DNA from: Bacteroidota bacterium | Lineage (GTDB): Bacteria > Bacteroidota > Bacteroidia > AKYH767-A > OLB10 | Direction of reading: 5' to 3' | NCBI GenBank assembly: GCA_023251535.1 | Contig: JAHEYP010000018.1 | Span: 7,759 to 71,758 of the forward strand | DNA length: 64,000 nucleotides | Part shown: piece after piece, positions 17,552 through 28,500 of the stretch | Numbering within the stretch: position 1 is the first letter of the stretch | How the letters are laid out: every line of letters starts with the position of its first letter | Position numbers and translations under genes: made by a program | Notes under the pieces: generated by a model | Told to the model about the DNA's origin: nothing | Seen by the model: the letters and a program-made list of their open reading frames with translations, nothing else | Database searches by the model: none

Positions 17552-18631
17552 ATGAAATATTTAACAGAGTATCGGAATCCCGAGTTAGTTAAACACTATA
17601 TCGCGGAGATAAAGAAGATAGTCACGCGTCCATGGAACATCATGGAGATTTGTGGCGGTCAAACGCATTCATTGGTAAAAAATGGATTGCTTGATTTACT
17701 TCCTGATAATGTAAGAATGATTCATGGTCCGGGTTGTCCGGTTTGCGTTACACCAATTTCACTGATAGATAAAGCCATTAATTTGCTTGAGCAAGGAGTA
17801 ATTGTTTGTTCTTATGGTGATATGATACGTGTCCCTGGTTCAACTAAAAGTTTATTGCAGGCTAAAGCAGATGGAGGAGATTTAAGAATATTATATTCGC
17901 CATTAGAAGCAGTTAATATTGCCGTTGAAAATTCTGATAAAGAAGTCGTATTTTTTGCGGTGGGATTTGAAACTACTGCACCAAGTAATGCGCTTTCCGT
18001 TATTCATGCCGATAAACTCCGATTAAATAATTATTCAATATTGGTTTCCCATGTATTGGTGCCGCCTGCTATGGAAGCTATCCTTTCGGATAAGTTTTGC
18101 AATATTGATGCATTCTTGGCTGCGGGACATGTATGCACAATTATGGGATTAGATCAATATTATCCGATAGCTGAGAAATATAAAGTTCCTTTGGTTGTAG
18201 CGGGCTTCGAACCGGCTGATTTAGTGCAAGCTATCTATCATGCAGTACTTCAATTAGAGAACGGCACATATCTTGTAGATAATCAATATGCTCGTTTAGT
18301 TAAACCAGAAGGTAACCTTAAAGCAAAAGAGGTTATTCATGATGTATTTAAAATTGGAGAGCAGGAGTGGAGAGGGATAGGTAAAATTCCCGATAGCGGA
18401 TATGTTATGACCGACAAGTATAAAAAGTACGATGCCGGCAGCAAATTCGTTATTAATACTATTTCGGGAAATAAAGATGCTAAATGTATTGCAGGAGATA
18501 TTTTACGTGGAATTAAAAAACCGCATGAATGTCCGGAGTTTAATAAAACTTGCAAGCCATCAAATCCTTTAGGAGCTCCAATGGTTTCTTCAGAAGGTGC
18601 ATGTGCTGCCTATTATCATTATTCGCTCTAA
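17552..18631 (+). CDS. hypD: Hydrogenase maturation Fe-S scaffold HypD
   Basis: MEICGGQTH, GPGCPVC, GFETTAP, GHV, C-terminal PMVSSEGACAAYY. Confidence 0.97.
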   Translation: MKYLTEYRNPELVKHYIAEIKKIVTRPWNIMEICGGQTHSLVKNGLLDLLPDNVRMIHGPGCPVCVTPISLIDKAINLLEQGVIVCSYGDMIRVPGSTKSLLQAKADGGDLRILYSPLEAVNIAVENSDKEVVFFAVGFETTAPSNALSVIHADKLRLNNYSILVSHVLVPPAMEAILSDKFCNIDAFLAAGHVCTIMGLDQYYPIAEKYKVPLVVAGFEPADLVQAIYHAVLQLENGTYLVDNQYARLVKPEGNLKAKEVIHDVFKIGEQEWRGIGKIPDSGYVMTDKYKKYDAGSKFVINTISGNKDAKCIAGDILRGIKKPHECPEFNKTCKPSNPLGAPMVSSEGACAAYYHYSL

Positions 18632-18634
18632 AAT

Positions 18635-19324
18635 ATGATAGGTTATTTAGTTGTTGTTTATGCAGGATTGGCCCATGCTTTTGAAGCGGATCATTTGATC
18701 GCTGTAAATAGTTTAGTGTCGAGAAGAAATCAGATTAAAGAAGCTGTGATGGATGGTGTCTATTGGGGCCTCGGGCATACCTCAACAATTTTCTTTGTTG
18801 CTATTTTAATGATTGGATTTAAAGTTGTAGTTGGTGAAAATATTTTCAGTTATCTTGAAGGTGTTGTTGGACTCATGCTTGTTTTCTTAGGCGTATCGAG
18901 ACTTCTAAAGTCTTTTAAAAATGCCGATCATAGCCACACCTATTATCATAGCCATGATGGTCATCAAATGCATAGTCATACTTATACGCACAAGCACTGG
19001 TATTTTGTGTCGACGCATAGTCATCCGGTATTAAATAATTACCGAGCTGCATTTAGTGTGGGCTTAGTACATGGATTAGCAGGAAGTGGAGCATTAGTAG
19101 TTATGGTATTAGCACAAATGCAAACTGCTGTTGATGGTTTACTATATATTTTGATCTTTGGATTAGGATCACTTTTAGGAATGTTCTTAGCGTCGGGAAT
19201 ATTTAGCATTCCTTTTAGCAAAGCAATGATGAACCAAGGAAAGATGCAAGTGTTCTTTGTTGTATTATCATCGGTACTTTGCATTGGATACGGATTAAAA
19301 GTAATAATAGAACACTGGCTTTAA
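18635..19324 (+). CDS. UreH/SodT-like nickel permease (NiCoT-related)
   Basis: HAFEADH (NiCoT-like HAxDADH), WGLGH, His-rich loop, GLVHGLAGSGA; about 6 TM segments; last gene of the hydrogenase cluster. Confidence 0.8.
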   Translation: MIGYLVVVYAGLAHAFEADHLIAVNSLVSRRNQIKEAVMDGVYWGLGHTSTIFFVAILMIGFKVVVGENIFSYLEGVVGLMLVFLGVSRLLKSFKNADHSHTYYHSHDGHQMHSHTYTHKHWYFVSTHSHPVLNNYRAAFSVGLVHGLAGSGALVVMVLAQMQTAVDGLLYILIFGLGSLLGMFLASGIFSIPFSKAMMNQGKMQVFFVVLSSVLCIGYGLKVIIEHWL

Positions 19325-19349
19325 AGGTTAAAAGTAATTGTTGTAAAAG

Positions 19350-19390
19350 CAAAGAAGGCTGTTAAGTAAATCTCAGCAGCCTTCTTTGTT
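19350..19390. terminator. Terminator hairpin between convergent genes
   Basis: caaagaaggctg (19350-19361) pairs with cagccttctttg (19377-19388). Confidence 0.75.
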
Positions 19391-19425
19391 AGTTAATAAT
19401 TTCAGGATTTAATCCTCAATTATTT

Positions 19426-21579
19426 TTATTTTAAAATACCATTAACGGTAATTTCAGTTCTTCTGTTCAACTGATGCATTTCTTCAGTACAAGGATCATC
19501 ATCACCGCATTTGTTAACCATTACACCTTCTCCGCTCCAGGTAACAGTTCCGATTTGTTGTTTCGGAATGTCACGATCTTGAAGGAATTTCTTAATGGTT
19601 TTAGAACGGTTCTCAGAAAGTCTTTCGTTATACTCTTTTGTTGCACGGCTATCTGTGTGAGAGCTAATGCTGATTTTAACCTGAGGATTCTCTTTCAAGA
19701 AGGCAACTACTTCTTCCATTGTTTCTAATGCATCTGTACGAATGTTGAATTTGTCGAGATCATAGTAAACAATTTTATACCAGTTTTCGAATGGAGATAC
19801 ATCTTTTGCAGGAGTCATTTCAACAGTATATGTTAAGTCTTGAGGTGTTTCTCCCTCTTGGCCTTTCAACATAATTACCTTCGGACGATATCCCGGCATA
19901 CTGATTAAAATTTGCTCGTCTTTTTGTGGAACGATAGCTTGTTTGTAATCACCTGCAAGATCGGTCGAACCTAATGTAGATCCTGTAACTTCATCTTTAA
20001 TTGTAGCACCCGGTAATGGTTGTTTTGTTTCTCCATCAAACACTGAGATTTTCATTGCGAACTCTGATGGCTTACCTAATTCAACACGAACAAAGGCATC
20101 GTTAGGAGTAGATCCTAAGATGGTAAAGTTCATTGTAGTATCACCTAATCCGTTAGCAGCACCTTTAAGAATATACTTAATGTCGAACTCACCAGGGAAA
20201 TCGAATCTTCCGTTTTCACCTGTTGTAAAATTCACAGTATTGTCGTCGGTTTTTAATTCGATGCGTGCTTCTTTAACAGGATTTCCTGTTTCTTTATCTA
20301 CTACGATACCTTTGATACGTAATGATTTTTTCTTGAATGTATATAAGTCATCATCGAATCCTCTGTTAGCTCTGTTTGAACTTAAATATCCGATTTTGTT
20401 TTTCATATCGTACACCATTCCGAAATCATCATCAGGTGTATTTAATGGATAACCTACGTTAACAGGAATTAAATAACGATTTCCTAAATCACGAGTATAG
20501 AATATATCTAATCCACCAATTCCTGGATGACCATCAGAAGAGAAATACAAAGTACCATCATCCATCACATTCGGGAACATGTCATTTCCTTTTGTGTTTA
20601 CCGTATCACCGAGGTTAATCGGACGTCCCCAGCTAGTGCCAGTTCTTTCGCACATGTAAATATCCATACCGCCTTTTCCTCCTGGCATATCGCTTGAAAA
20701 ATACAAACGTTTGCCATCAGGTGATAGGGCAGGGTGAGCACAATTGTATTCGTCGTTGTTAAATTGGAATGGCTCTAATTTCGACCAATCGTTTCCATTG
20801 CCTTTTGCAGTGAAAAGTTTCAGTTTAACAACTTTCTCTTTGCTTTTATGAACTTTTGATCCTTCGATATTATTACGCGTAATCCATACTTCGTCGCCTT
20901 TTTTGCTGAAGCAAACAGGACCATCATTGTATTTCGTCTGTAATGAATTATTGAATAATTCAGGATCTCTAAATTGAGTTTCTTTACCACGAGAGTAGTA
21001 TAAATTCAAGAAAGGTTGTCCTGTCCATGCATGCGTGCGTTCGATAGTTTCATGTTCTTTTCTTGAAGAAGCGAACACGATACCGTCTTGGTACAATGCA
21101 GCACCGAAATCAGCATTCTCTGAGTTGATGCCTAACTTTGTTACAACAAAGTTTGTTGAATCGGCAAAGAAACTTTCGTACATATCAATAGCACGAGTGA
21201 ATGCTTGTCCGCGGCCGTCTTTTGTATTGTCGACAACGAAGTCTTCCATCCATTTTCTTGCTTTAGCGTACTTGCCATTGTTCATCAATGACTGTCCGTA
21301 ATAGAATTTATAGATAGGAAGAGCTCCCGGGAATTGAACTGCTTTCTCTAACCAATGTTCCGACATAAGACGGTTATTGGTTAAACGATAACAATCAGCG
21401 AGTCGGAATGTCGCTTCTTGCAAAGTGCTGTCTTTCTTCAGCGCTTTAGTATAGTAAGGAATTGCTTCGGCATAAGCCATTTGCTTGTAGAATGCATCTC
21501 CTTTGCGAACTAGCGCTTTTTGTGCGTAGATGTTAACAGACAGTAAGCAGATTAAAAAGCAAATCAGTGACTTTTTCAT
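19426..21579 (-). CDS. PorE-like protein: TPR + PD40/beta-propeller + carboxypeptidase-regulatory-like + OmpA peptidoglycan-binding domain
   Basis: TPR N-terminus; LYFSSDMPGGKGGMDIY and LYFSSDGHPGIGGLDIF repeats; SHTDSRA..YNERLSENR, NRRTEI. Confidence 0.88.
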   Translation of the reverse strand: MKKSLICFLICLLSVNIYAQKALVRKGDAFYKQMAYAEAIPYYTKALKKDSTLQEATFRLADCYRLTNNRLMSEHWLEKAVQFPGALPIYKFYYGQSLMNNGKYAKARKWMEDFVVDNTKDGRGQAFTRAIDMYESFFADSTNFVVTKLGINSENADFGAALYQDGIVFASSRKEHETIERTHAWTGQPFLNLYYSRGKETQFRDPELFNNSLQTKYNDGPVCFSKKGDEVWITRNNIEGSKVHKSKEKVVKLKLFTAKGNGNDWSKLEPFQFNNDEYNCAHPALSPDGKRLYFSSDMPGGKGGMDIYMCERTGTSWGRPINLGDTVNTKGNDMFPNVMDDGTLYFSSDGHPGIGGLDIFYTRDLGNRYLIPVNVGYPLNTPDDDFGMVYDMKNKIGYLSSNRANRGFDDDLYTFKKKSLRIKGIVVDKETGNPVKEARIELKTDDNTVNFTTGENGRFDFPGEFDIKYILKGAANGLGDTTMNFTILGSTPNDAFVRVELGKPSEFAMKISVFDGETKQPLPGATIKDEVTGSTLGSTDLAGDYKQAIVPQKDEQILISMPGYRPKVIMLKGQEGETPQDLTYTVEMTPAKDVSPFENWYKIVYYDLDKFNIRTDALETMEEVVAFLKENPQVKISISSHTDSRATKEYNERLSENRSKTIKKFLQDRDIPKQQIGTVTWSGEGVMVNKCGDDDPCTEEMHQLNRRTEITVNGILK

Positions 21580-21604
21580 AACGTTGGTAGTTTGAATAAA
21601 TAGA

Positions 21605-22594
21605 TCAGAAATAACGAGGTGTAACGATTTTGTTTTTCACAAACGAGAAGTCGTAACCAAGTGTAATTTCATGTGAACCCGAGTTGTATTGTTTCAGGTC
21701 GGTAATTGTATTGTCGAATGAATATCCGATGCGTAATTGTTTGTTTAACTGAATCGACATAATTGCCGACCATGAATCACCGGTTCTATAAGAACCGCCT
21801 AACCATATTGTTTCATTAAACAATGCATGAACACCTAAATCGGCTTCGATAGGAGCACCTGAAACTGATTTTACCATGAATGTTGGTTTCAGTTTAATCA
21901 TATCATTAATAGGGAATACATATCCTCCCATTAAATAATAATGCCAGTATTGCATCTCTACAGTATTCTTTCCTTTTCCTGTATTTGCATCAACTTTGTT
22001 TTGTAGCAAACGAGGAATTGATAATCCTACATAGAAATTTTTACTGTAGTAATATGTTCCAAATCCTGAATTAGGCACGGTTAATTTTGGTGTTCCCATG
22101 AAAGAGTTGTCGCCTTGATCTTGTGTTTTAACATCCAGTAATTTCTCCTGGTGGTTAATTAATCCGGCTTGGATACCCATTGAAAAGAATCCATTTTTCA
22201 TTGGAATGCGGTAAGCATAGTTTCCGAAGAAACTTAAGTCATGCGTTACACCGATTTCTTCATTCATTACAGAGAGACCAACACCGAATTTTTCGTTCTT
22301 CAGTGCGGTGTGCCCGCTGAATGTTTGCGTTTTAGGGGCTCCGTCAATACCAACCCATTGGTTACGATAGAGCGCAGTTAGTGAAGCGTGTTCGCGAGAA
22401 CCGGCATACGCAGGATTAATAAACATTTCATTAAACATGTACTGCGTAAATTGCGGCTCAAATTGCGCCTGAACCTGCATGCTTGTTATAAACAAAGCCG
22501 CAAACAGCACTAACTTCTTTTGGTAATATTTAGTCAACCTTTTCATTGTTTGAACTGAGGTTATATGTTTTAACTTTTTAGATGCTTGTTTCAT
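21605..22594 (-). CDS. PorP/SprF family T9SS beta-barrel (likely cognate shuttle of the upstream adhesin)
   Basis: QFEPQFTQYMFN..INPAYAG, YRNQWVGIDGAP, GSHEITLGYDF..PRYF; alternative start MKRLTK at 22546. Confidence 0.92.
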   Translation of the reverse strand: MKQASKKLKHITSVQTMKRLTKYYQKKLVLFAALFITSMQVQAQFEPQFTQYMFNEMFINPAYAGSREHASLTALYRNQWVGIDGAPKTQTFSGHTALKNEKFGVGLSVMNEEIGVTHDLSFFGNYAYRIPMKNGFFSMGIQAGLINHQEKLLDVKTQDQGDNSFMGTPKLTVPNSGFGTYYYSKNFYVGLSIPRLLQNKVDANTGKGKNTVEMQYWHYYLMGGYVFPINDMIKLKPTFMVKSVSGAPIEADLGVHALFNETIWLGGSYRTGDSWSAIMSIQLNKQLRIGYSFDNTITDLKQYNSGSHEITLGYDFSFVKNKIVTPRYF

Positions 22595-25500
22595 TTATCG
22601 ACGGATCACAACGAAGCCGTTTACCGGTTTTTCGTCAATGTTTAAATTTAAGATGAAATAGTACGTTCCGTTAGGTAATTCTTGTCCATACATTACACCG
22701 TTAACATTCGAGCGACCTTCCCATTTGTTGTCGTAATCTTTTTGTTTGTAAACTAGATTACCCCAACGATTGTACACGAATAATACGTTGCCTGGATAAC
22801 CATCGATACCATCAATTACGAAGTAATCGTTAGTGCCATCGTGGTTAGGGGAGAATCCGTTAGGGATATCAAGGGTGTCGCACATTACAGTCACGTTTAC
22901 TGTTGCAGTTGCAGTACATCCGTACTGATCTTTAACTGTAACTGTGTATGCAGTTGTATGTACTGGTGAAGCAATCGGATCAGGAATAGTAGTGTGATCA
23001 AGACCTGTTACTGGCGACCAACTATAATCCATTCCACCGCTTGCATGTAGCTGTACGCTTTCTCCGCCGCAGATGATAACATCGTTATTTACGGATACAT
23101 TATTCAAAGATCTTACAATTACCTCTATAGGATTTGATGTATATGTTCCGCAAGAAGTAGTTACCGTCATTGTGTAAATTCCGGCTACAGGAGTAGTAAA
23201 GTTTGGTGCGTCTGTTCCATTCAATGCTGTTCCGTTATAGAACCATTGGTAAGTTGCACCTTGGATGCTATCACCATAGATTGTAAGCATAGTGCCCATA
23301 CAAATTTCAGGTGCTCCAGTAGTATGAATAGCGATATTGGTGATATCTGTAACCGTTGCTGATTTCGTGATTTGACAACCTGCTGCATCTGTAATGGTAA
23401 CTGTATATGTTCCCGGTGCTGCATTAGTTAAATTTTGAGTCGTAGCTCCTGTATTCCATACGTACGAATAAGGTGCTGTTCCGCCAGTTGAAGCAATTGT
23501 AATGGATCCCATTTGAGTTCCTGTACAATTTGCTGCAGTTGCAGTAGCAGTAGCAGAAATTGCTGATGTTGGTTGTTGCAATGCCGTTGATTGAGTAGAG
23601 CTACATCCGTTAGCATCAGTAACTGTTACCGTATAATTTCCGGCTCCGATATTACTTAAATTGTCAGCCGTGCTTCCGTTATTCCATAAGTAAGTATAAG
23701 GACCAGTTCCTCCGTTAATTTGTAAGTTGATTGCTCCATTTTGCATTCCGAAGCATCCTACAGGAGTGTTCGTTGCTCCGATGAATAAGCTTACAGAAGG
23801 TTCAGTAATTGTAACAGTATTGTTATTTGTACAACCATTTTGATCCATGATAACAACAGAATAAGTTCCTGCGCCAACATTTGTTAAATCTTGAGTCGAT
23901 TGTCCATTACTCCATTGGTAAGTATAGTTTCCTAAACCTCCAGCAACAGTAAGATCAATATTAGCAGTTTGATCGCCATGGCAATTTACGTTTGTATTAG
24001 TAACTGTAGACGAAACTGCTGCTACTGGTTGAGAAACACTCACTGCTTGAGAGAATGTACAACCGTTCGCATCGGTGATAGTTAAATTATATGTTCCTGC
24101 AGCTAAGTTTGTGATATCTGCTGTTGCAGCTCCAGTATTCCAATTATAAGTATAAGGTGCAGTTCCACCTGATGGTACAGTATGAATAATACCTGTGCTT
24201 CCTCCAAAACATGCAACATCTTGAACAAGATAAGTTGTTCCTAGAGTAGCAGAAGGTTGTTGAATAGAAGCTGTTGATGAATAAGTACATCCGTTTGCAT
24301 CAGTAATTGTAACAGTATAGTTACCCGCACCAACATTGCTTAAAGTAGATGTTGTTGCTCCTGTATTCCAGCTATAGGTATAAGGAGAAGTTCCACCAGA
24401 AGTAGAAACTGAAATACTTCCTGTTGTTGCTGCGAAGCAATTTACATTAGTAGTAGATGTTCCTGATGTTAAAGCTTGAGCTGGTTCGTTTACGATGTAA
24501 ACAGAAGTTGATGTACAACCATTTGCATCAGTGATTAGAACAGAATAATTTCCTGCTGCTAATGATTGAAGGTTTTGAGTTGTTTCACCATTGTTCCAGC
24601 TATATGAATAAGGAGAAGTTCCTCCTGATGCATTTACGATTATTGCTCCGTTAGTTGATGCAAAGCATCCTGCATTAGTAACAGCGCCTTGTTGCGATAA
24701 AGCAGCAGCAGGTTGTTGAATTGCGTATGTCTTGTTGAATTTACATCCGTTAGCATCAGTAACGATTACTGCGTAGTTGCCTGAACTTATATTGCTGATA
24801 TCTTCAGAAGAAGCACCGTTATCCCATGCATAGTTGTATGGAGATGTTCCGCCGCTTACTGTTAAGTCGATTGATCCTGTGTTATCACCGAAACAATTTA
24901 CTTGAGTGTTTGAAGAAGTAAGTGCTAAAGCTGCCGCTGGTTCATTAATTGTAATCGTACCTGATACTGTGCATTGATTTGCATCTGTAACTGTATATTG
25001 ATATGATCCTGCCGGAATATTTCCTAATAAATTTCCAGTTGATCCAGTTCCCCATACAATAGTATAAGGTTGAGTACCACCTGAAGGTTGTAAGTCGATA
25101 TTTCCAGTGCTATTTCCATTACAATCAACTGCAGTTGTTAAAGGCGATACAGCCAATGCCGCAGCAGGTTGAGTTAATGTGAACGATTGAGTTAATTGAC
25201 ATCCGTTAGCATCTGTTACTGTTAAATTGTAAGTTCCTTCTGCTAATCCACTGATGTTTGAAGTAGTTTCACCGTTGTTCCATGCATAAGTGTATGGTGC
25301 AGTTCCTCCTGTTATAGTAACGTTTATTGATCCGCTATTATCATTGAAGCAACCGATGTTTTGAGCTTCTGCTTCTAAAGAAAGAGGAGCTTGTGGTTGG
25401 TCAACATTTGCTGAAGCTGAGGTTGTGCAACCATTCGCATCAGTAATGTTTACTGAATATGAACCTGTGGCTAGAGCCGATAAATCTTCTGTAGTGGCAC

Positions 25501-28500
25501 CGTTATTCCATGTGAAATTGAATGGTGCTGTTCCGCCTGTAACTGTTAAGTCTAGTGCTCCTGTTGATTCACCATAGCATAGTACTGCAGTTGATGAAAT
25601 AGTTCCTGCTAAAGCAGATTCAGGTTGTGTAACATGGTATTGATTTATCAATAGACATCCGTTTGCATCTGTAATAGTGATGGTAAAGTTGCCTGCTGAT
25701 AAATTCGATAAATCTTCAACTGTTTCGCCTGAACTCCATTGGAATGTATAAGGAGCAGTTCCTGATGTTGTTGTTACGTCAATTGCACCATTGTTTCCTC
25801 CAAAGCAATTGATGTTTGTTGCAGTTCCTGAACTTGTTAAATATCCTGATGGTTGAGTGATTGTTGCCGATACACTTGCAGTACATCCGTTTTGATCAGT
25901 TACTGTTAGTGTGTATGTCCCTTCAGGTAAATATGTGTTTTCAGCTGTTGTTGTTCCGTTACTCCAAAGGTATGTATAAGGAGCAGTACCACCTGCAGCA
26001 ATTGCATTGATAGCTCCTGCGCCGTTTCCTAAGCAGTTGATGTTTTGATGTGTTTCAGTAACTGAAAGTGGAGTTGAAGGCTCTGTTAAAGTAGCACTTT
26101 GTGTAAAGCTACATCCGTTAGCATCTGTTACTGTTACAGTATATGTTCCTGCAACTAATGAGTTGTTGTCGGCAGCGGTTGTTCCATTGCTCCAGTTATA
26201 TGCGTAAGGAGTTGTTCCTCCAGTTACAGCTAATGAGATGCTTCCTGAGTTCGTATTATTACATGCAACATTTGTTGATGTTAATGTTCCAGTTAATTCC
26301 GCACTTGGTTGTGATATAAATTTACTTCCTGTAGTGCTGCATCCGTTGGCATCTGTAATTGTTACATTATAATTTCCATTATTAATGTCGGATAAATTTG
26401 GCGAACTTGATCCATTGCTCCAAGCATAGGTGTAAGGTGTTGTTCCTCCCGACACTTGAGTTGAAATTGATCCGTTTCCTAAGTTATAACAGCTCACATC
26501 AGTTGATGTGATCGCTAATGAAAGAGCTGCAGCAGGTTGCGTTAATGTTGTTGAATTCGTTAACTGACATCCGTTTTGATCTGTTACTGTTACAGTATAG
26601 ATTCCACTTCCGATATTTGTTAATTGTGATGTTGTTGCACCTGTATTCCACTGATAGTTGTAAGGTGTAGTTCCTCCGGTTGCAGTTATTCCTGCGACTC
26701 CGGTTTGGTCTCCATTACAATTTATGTTTGTTGAGTTCATGCTGCCGCTTAACGACGCTGAAGGTTCAGAAATATTAACTGTTAGTGTAGCGCTACATCC
26801 ATTTGCATCGGTAGTTGTAATTGTATATGTTCCTGCCGCAATATTCGATAATGATGGAGTAGTAGCACCTGAATTCCATAAGTAGGTATATGGTGTAGTT
26901 CCTCCTGTTGTTGTAGTGTTAATACTTCCGGTTAAATCTCCGTGACATTTAACGTCAGTTGATGTAGATGAAATTGCTAATGCAGCTAATGGTTGTGTAA
27001 TAGTAATTGCAGCTGTTTTTGTGCAATTGTGGCTATCCGTTACCGTTAGTGTATATGTTCCTGCAGATAAATTGGAGATGTCGGCAGTAGTAGCGCCGTT
27101 ACTCCAAGAATATGTATACGGTGCCGTTCCTCCAGTTGTATTGCTGGTAATGTTTCCTGTAGGAATTCCATTACATAAAATATCAGTTTTGCTTAACGTG
27201 CATGAAATAGTAGCAGTTGGTTGTGCAATACTTGCGGATGCTGTTGTAGTACATCCATTCGCATCAGTAATTGTAACTGAATAATTTCCTGCGGCTGTAT
27301 TACTTAGATTTTGTGTACTCGCTCCGTTATTCCACGAATATGATATCGGTGCAGTTCCTCCTGTGACATTTACATTTACACTTCCTGTATTTTGTCCGAA
27401 GCATGCTGCATCTGTCGCAGTTGCTGTCGCTGAAATAGCATATGAGTTATTTAACGTTGCAGTTAAACTTTTTGTACAACTATTTCCATCCGTCACGGTA
27501 ACTGTATAAGTTCCGGCACCAACAAGTGAAATGTCTTGTGTAGTTGCTCCATTGCTCCATGAATAACTATATGGTGCAACTCCTCCTGTTACTGAAAGAT
27601 CTACTGATCCATTGTTGACATTGCCACACGAAGGATTTACTTGCGTATTGGTTAATGTCATTCCCGATGGTTCTGTAATCGTTACCGATTTAGTTGCACT
27701 ACATCCGCTAATATCTGTTGCAGTTACTGAATATGTGCCTGCAGCAAGATTGCTTAATGAAGTTGATGTTGATCCTGTATTCCAGAGGTAAGTATAATTT
27801 CCAGAGTAAACTGGAGTAGCTGTTGCAGTTCCTGTTGTGTATCCGTTACAACTAATGTTTGTTGATGTTAAGTTGAAAAATGGACTTGGGACATATATGT
27901 TGAAAGAGTATGTTTGAATTCCATTATTCGGACACGCATTGTCTCTTACTGTTACCGTAAATGTTTTAGGATTAAGATCAATGTCAGCATTGGTTGGTGT
28001 CCAGCAGAATGTTAATGTCGGGCGATTTCCTCCGCTAATAGTATAGGTAGCTCCTGGTATACCGTTATTCGTTGTCATAGATACAACTTGCGATGCGTCT
28101 AAATCTGCCGAGTTAACTGTAAAGCAATATGATTGTCCCGGACAAATTGTAGCGCTGAAGTTATTTCCTCCATTGATACCGCTTATTGTTGGTAAGTTGT
28201 TATTACATGTTTGCGTGTAAATCTGCATATCGCGAATTACACTTCCAATTAATTGTCCATTGCGATATTCTTTTACACGAATTGCCATCACTCCAATTTG
28301 AATTTGACTAGGTGTGAAGTTGAAATCACCCGTAACACTGTTAAGTGAAAAAGGAGTTGATGAAGCTATTGGAGTTGTTACACTTGCTGGCGAAATAAAG
28401 GAAACGTTTGATGTTGCACTTGTTTTTGGTGCAATCAATTCGTACTTCAGTGAATCACCATCGATGTCAATTACTCCATGGTTGTAGTTGAACGATTGTC

